64,000 bases of DNA from Chloroherpetonaceae bacterium (GTDB lineage Bacteria; Bacteroidota; Chlorobiia; Chlorobiales; Thermochlorobacteraceae). The translations under genes were made by a program, and so were the position numbers. Under the pieces are notes generated by a model. That model worked only from the letters and a program-made list of their open reading frames with translations. It was not told the DNA's origin and made no database searches. The DNA lies in the NCBI GenBank assembly GCA_025056565.1, contig JANWWA010000001.1, positions 157,966 through 221,965 on the forward strand. The letters are read 5' to 3'. Shown here one piece after another: positions 59,840 through 64,000 of this stretch (positions are counted from its first letter, which is position 1; each line of letters begins with the position of its first letter).

Positions 59840-59847
59840 TAAATTTG
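59840..59847 (+). promoter_or_regulatory. candidate -7 promoter box (TAaaTTTG) for the MerR gene
   Basis: Exact TAnnTTTG match 27 nt upstream of the ATG at 59875. Confidence 0.35.
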
Positions 59848-59874
59848 AGAAAGGCAACTTGAGCTCGCTTACGA

Positions 59875-60285
59875 ATGTCGCACGCAGATATGAAAACCTT
59901 CGAGGCAAAAAAACTTTATTACTCCATCGGGGAGGTTAGCAAGATTACTTCGCTTCCAGCGTATTTGCTTCGACATTGGGAAAATGAGTTTCCACAGCTT
60001 TCACCCTCTCGCAATGCCAAAGGCAATCGCATTTACACCAACAAAGACATTGCCACTGTGCTCACTATCAAAAAGCTCATCTATGAAGATGGCTACACGA
60101 TAGAAAAAGCCCGTGCAATGCTGCGCGGTCAGCCGGTTTCCAACGATATGGTAAAGGAGACCGAAACCCTGCTTCGCCAGCAGCAACCTCCGATTAAGCT
60201 GGTTAGTAAGAATACCGAACAGCAGCGCAAACTGCTCTTGGAAATGCGTGCCGTTATTGAAGAGCTTCTGGAAAAGCTAAAGTAG
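59875..60285 (+). CDS. MerR family transcriptional regulator
   Basis: YYSIGEVSKITSLPAYLLRHWENEF....P.R...G.R.YT..DI is the MerR winged-HTH signature. It is followed by a coiled-coil tail. Confidence 0.8.
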   Translation: MSHADMKTFEAKKLYYSIGEVSKITSLPAYLLRHWENEFPQLSPSRNAKGNRIYTNKDIATVLTIKKLIYEDGYTIEKARAMLRGQPVSNDMVKETETLLRQQQPPIKLVSKNTEQQRKLLLEMRAVIEELLEKLK

Positions 60286-60366
60286 CCAGCAAGGTGGATT
60301 GGCTTTGCAGCACATTTGTTCTGCACGACACTCTTCCCTGTCTGACAGGGCACTTGGACACTTAAT

Positions 60367-62364
60367 ATGCTGAGCACATACCTGCGCATCACGGAGCATT
60401 ACATTTTGCGACGAAATTGGTTCGCATTTCAGCAAAGAGTTCTTCGGCGTTCGCTGTCCGACAAGGCATTTTTGCAAAGCTTTCCCGACTATCCCACTCA
60501 GCCTGAGCTTTTCCTTGATACCTTCTTACGCAGCTCGCGCTACAGCTTCTTTTTCAACTTCACGAACCGCAAGGAGTTTTTCATGCAATCCTTGTGGCAA
60601 CTTCATTCGCAAACTGATATTGTGCGTCAGGCAGAGCAAATTATGCGAAACCGCTTTACTTTGTTTAGCGCTTCGCACCAATTTCAAGACCAGTGGGATT
60701 GGCACTTAGACTTTCGCACAGGGCAAAAGTTCGACGCTCAGACCTTCTACACCGCTCTCAAACTGCCTTGCAATGGCTCCGACATCAAGTTTCCTTGGGA
60801 GCTTTCTCGCGCGCATTTTATCTGGACGCTTGGCAAAGCGTATTGGACAACAAATCGGAGTGCCTACAAAGAAAAATTCATTGCGCTCATTTCAGACTGG
60901 CTTGCGAAAAACCCATTCTGCTATGGCGTAAATTGGCTTTCACCGATGGATGTAGCCTTGCGTGCCGCAAACTGGATTGCGGGCTTTTACTTTTTCTGCC
61001 ACGACCTACAGTCTGCTTCGTTCTGGATACGCTTTCTTAAATCGCTCTTTCAGCACGGGCTATATCTTGAACATAACCTTGAATACACGCGCCGAAGTGG
61101 CAATCATCTTCTTGCAGATGCACTGGGACTTTTGATGCTAGGATTCTTCTTCAAGCAAACTGCACAAGGACAGAAGTGGCTTAGGGTAGCCAAAACAATT
61201 TTGGAAGAAGAAATTTTGCGTCAGACTTACACCGATGGGCTTAGCTATGAAATGAGCCTTGCTTATCACCGCTTTGTAACAGAACTCCTCTTAGCCGCTT
61301 GGATTTTGGCATCACTCAATCACCAGCCCTTTTCAAGCAGTTTCAAGGCGCGCTTGGAGAAGATGCTCGAGGTGATTTTGCACTACATCAAGCCTGACTG
61401 CACTGCACCGCTCATTGGTGATGCCGACGATGGGCGGCTCTTTTGGTTTAATTTGGAAAGTGATTTCAACTGCCACACCGACATTTTAGCCACAGCCAGC
61501 GTAGTGTTTCAGCGCAGCGACTTCAAAGCGGGTGCTCGCCACTTCTCTGAGCATGCGTTGTGGCTTACGGGCATTGAGGGCTGGGAGACTTTTCAGCGTC
61601 TTCCGGATGCACCACGTCCTACTTGCTCAAAGCTCTTTGCTGAAAGCAAACTCGCCGTGCTCTACGCCCCTCAGATGCACATTACGATTGACGCTGGCGA
61701 ACTTGGCAAACGCGGCTGGGGCGGACACGGACACAACGACACTTTTTCCTTTGAACTGTTTTACGATACCGCGACCTTCATTACGGACTCTGGAAATTTC
61801 TGCTACACCTCAGACCGTGCCCTGCGCAATCAGTTTCGCTCTACGGCTGCGCATAACACGATTATGCTTGACGGCGTAGAACTCGCTGAATTTGCTAGTG
61901 ATTTCAAAGTGAAAAAGGATTGGACAAAACCCACCGTGCTACGGTGGCACACTAGCCACACTTGCGATGAGCTGGAAGTTGAACACTATGCTTATACTCG
62001 CTTGCCCCAACCCATTACACATCGCCGCCGCTTCATACTGCACAAGCCAATCCCCCGCTTTGAAATTCATGACCAGCTCTTTGGCAAAGGCACTCATCAA
62101 GCCACGCTTTTTTTGCATTTTGCACCTGAAATTGAGGTCAAAGAAATGACGCACGGCACTTACCATCTTTTGCATCGTGACAGTCAGTCTGCGCTTTTTC
62201 TTACAATTGAAGGCGCCGACTCGATTGCAATTGAGCCAAGCGACTTTGCACCCCGCTATGGGCAGCGCCTTTCCAGCCTGAGACTGCGAGCGCAAAAAAC
62301 CTTTTCCCCAGCGGCAGAACTTCACACAACTATTTCAGCGCCACGCCACACATCACTTGGATGA
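60367..62364 (+). CDS. heparinase II/III family protein
   Basis: 665 aa. Blocks include an alpha/alpha toroid-like N-terminal half (GNHLLADALGL) and the C-terminal WGGHGHNDTFSFELF and STAAHNTIMLDG. Confidence 0.7.
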   Translation: MLSTYLRITEHYILRRNWFAFQQRVLRRSLSDKAFLQSFPDYPTQPELFLDTFLRSSRYSFFFNFTNRKEFFMQSLWQLHSQTDIVRQAEQIMRNRFTLFSASHQFQDQWDWHLDFRTGQKFDAQTFYTALKLPCNGSDIKFPWELSRAHFIWTLGKAYWTTNRSAYKEKFIALISDWLAKNPFCYGVNWLSPMDVALRAANWIAGFYFFCHDLQSASFWIRFLKSLFQHGLYLEHNLEYTRRSGNHLLADALGLLMLGFFFKQTAQGQKWLRVAKTILEEEILRQTYTDGLSYEMSLAYHRFVTELLLAAWILASLNHQPFSSSFKARLEKMLEVILHYIKPDCTAPLIGDADDGRLFWFNLESDFNCHTDILATASVVFQRSDFKAGARHFSEHALWLTGIEGWETFQRLPDAPRPTCSKLFAESKLAVLYAPQMHITIDAGELGKRGWGGHGHNDTFSFELFYDTATFITDSGNFCYTSDRALRNQFRSTAAHNTIMLDGVELAEFASDFKVKKDWTKPTVLRWHTSHTCDELEVEHYAYTRLPQPITHRRRFILHKPIPRFEIHDQLFGKGTHQATLFLHFAPEIEVKEMTHGTYHLLHRDSQSALFLTIEGADSIAIEPSDFAPRYGQRLSSLRLRAQKTFSPAAELHTTISAPRHTSLG

Positions 62365-64000
62365 TGCAAAGGGAGCTGTCTGCACATTTACACCTGTTGC
62401 CTACGCTGCTCGTGATAAGTATCGTTGTCGCCAGCTTTTCTGCCTGTAAGCTGAGCGAGCTAAGCAAAACACAGGTTTTGCCCGACACGCTGCGTGCCTT
62501 ACCGCCGAAAGATTCCTTGCGAACCTCTCGCACGCCACTGGATACTGCTCGCCTTGCGCAGGCTGATACAGTCGGCGCACTGCCCGCTCAACTTGCTCAA
62601 GCTGCACGCTCCGATACACCTTCACGCCTCTCGGTAATACCTGATACCACCAAACTAAAACAATCGGCAAAAGCTCCACTTAGCCTTCCCAGCCAGAAGA
62701 AAAAGACTGCACAAGCTGATACGGTGCGCCTACGCCTTGAAAAGCCCCGAGAGATTCCTCGTGAAAAGCCACTGCCCTTACGCGAGCAGCGTCAGGTAAG
62801 TCGCATTAAAGCTTTGCCGATATTGCCTTTGCCTGCTCCTAATATCCGCTTGCTGATTGATACTGCGCTTACGGTTGCTCAACCTATTGGGACACGCATT
62901 TTTGGTCGTGCTACTTTGGCAATTCTTGACTCTATTTTCGCAATTGAAGAAGCCAAAGCGCGTGCTGGCGAGCTGGATACTATTGTTTTTTACTCAGCGA
63001 AAGATTCGGTTGTCTTCGATCTGGTTAGCAAGGAAATTCGCTTGTATGGCGATGCTAAAATTGACTATCAAGAGTTCAAGCTCTATGCGCCTGAGGTCGT
63101 GCTGGAGCCAGAGACCTATACGCTCACAGCCAAAAGCCTCTACGATGAACAAGGTGAGCCGATTAAAAATCCGAAATTCAAAGACCCTACAGGCGAATAC
63201 GATGCCGAGACAATGAGCTACAACTTCAAAACCAAGCGCGGCAAGGTGAAGTATGTGGAAACCGTCATCGACAATGGCATTTATCGTGGCGCTACTATTA
63301 AGCGGCAGGCGACGGGGGAGCTGAATGTCGAAGACGCCTTCTACACTACTTGCAACCACCCTATTCCGCACTTTTACTTTTACTGCCGCCAGATGAAAAT
63401 CATTCCGGGCGACCGTGTGATTGCACGTCCAGTTGTGCTTTACATTGAAGATGTACCCGTGTTTGTGTTGCCTTTTGCCTTCTTTCCCACGCGTGGCGGT
63501 CGGTCGTCAGGCATCATTGTGCCGCGCTATGGGCGAGACAATTTTAAGGGTTGGAACTTAGCGCAAGGTGGCTACTACTTTGCGATTAACGACTACCTTG
63601 ATGCACGCATTGTCGGCGATATTGGCTTTCGCGGTAGCTGGCGACTGGGCGGTGCTTTGCGCTATGTCAAGCGCTACGATTTTCAAGGCGGTATTCAAAC
63701 TGAGTTTGAGCGACTGATTTTCAACGAAACGGGCGACCCTGATTTTCGGCAAAGCGACCAGTGGAATTTAAGTATTCAGCATACGCATACCTTTGACCCC
63801 ACTATGTCGCTTTCAGCCAACCTTAACTTCGTAAGCGGCAGCCAGTTCAGCTTGCAAACCTTTAACCCACAGAACATTTTGAGCCAGCAAGCAACTTCGA
63901 GCGCCACCTTTCAAAAGACTTTTGGCGAAAATGAGCGCACCATTAACATCGGCTATCAACGCACACAAAACCTACGCGAAACTAACCTGACCAATAGCGT
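62361..64000 (+). CDS. LptD/OstA-family outer-membrane protein, N-terminal 546 codons (runs off the window end)
   Basis: Absent from the track because there is no stop in the window. Hand translation from the ATG at 62361 (ATGA overlap with the previous stop) gives MMQRELSAHLHLLPTLLVISIVVASFSAC..., then a long Pro/Lys/Ala-rich region, then ...FYTTCNHPIPHFYFYCRQMKIIPGDRVIARPVVLYIEDVPVFVLPFAFFP..., the block I associate with Bacteroidota-type LptD. Confidence 0.6.
   Translation, partial: MMQRELSAHLHLLPTLLVISIVVASFSACKLSELSKTQVLPDTLRALPPKDSLRTSRTPLDTARLAQADTVGALPAQLAQAARSDTPSRLSVIPDTTKLKQSAKAPLSLPSQKKKTAQADTVRLRLEKPREIPREKPLPLREQRQVSRIKALPILPLPAPNIRLLIDTALTVAQPIGTRIFGRATLAILDSIFAIEEAKARAGELDTIVFYSAKDSVVFDLVSKEIRLYGDAKIDYQEFKLYAPEVVLEPETYTLTAKSLYDEQGEPIKNPKFKDPTGEYDAETMSYNFKTKRGKVKYVETVIDNGIYRGATIKRQATGELNVEDAFYTTCNHPIPHFYFYCRQMKIIPGDRVIARPVVLYIEDVPVFVLPFAFFPTRGGRSSGIIVPRYGRDNFKGWNLAQGGYYFAINDYLDARIVGDIGFRGSWRLGGALRYVKRYDFQGGIQTEFERLIFNETGDPDFRQSDQWNLSIQHTHTFDPTMSLSANLNFVSGSQFSLQTFNPQNILSQQATSSATFQKTFGENERTINIGYQRTQNLRETNLTNS

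Overview
All calls come from reading the supplied ORF track and the sequence by eye. No searches or statistics were run, and family names are recognised from memory of motifs. The window looks like a gene-dense chromosomal segment of a Bacteroidota/Chlorobiota-type (FCB group) bacterium. Supporting clues are a plant/cyanobacterial-type carotene desaturase, BatA, a GH57 glucan enzyme, few Shine-Dalgarno sites and recurrent TAnnTTTG boxes just upstream of start codons. Clear housekeeping genes are mutS, dnaG, gyrB, uvrA, metF, ldhA, fbaB and cyaY. I found no rRNA, tRNA, CRISPR array, transposase or integrase. The track uses the longest ATG/GTG/TTG ORF, so I shortened several starts, and I added two edge-truncated genes missing from the track (1-594 minus strand, 62361-64000 plus strand). 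The most unusual content is: (1) two paralogous J-domain/TM/WD40 proteins bracketing ldhA; (2) a five-gene cluster of two PstS-like lipoproteins, a sensor diguanylate cyclase and two LolC/E-type permeases; (3) a YaaA/DUF6884-like gene coupled to a NurA-like nuclease gene, cut by the window edge; (4) a short BLUF photoreceptor locus; (5) a 3TM cyclic-nucleotide-binding protein with a Popeye-like layout; and (6) a cNMP-CBS-DUF294 plus DnaQ-like exonuclease pair. The functional ideas for these are hypotheses.
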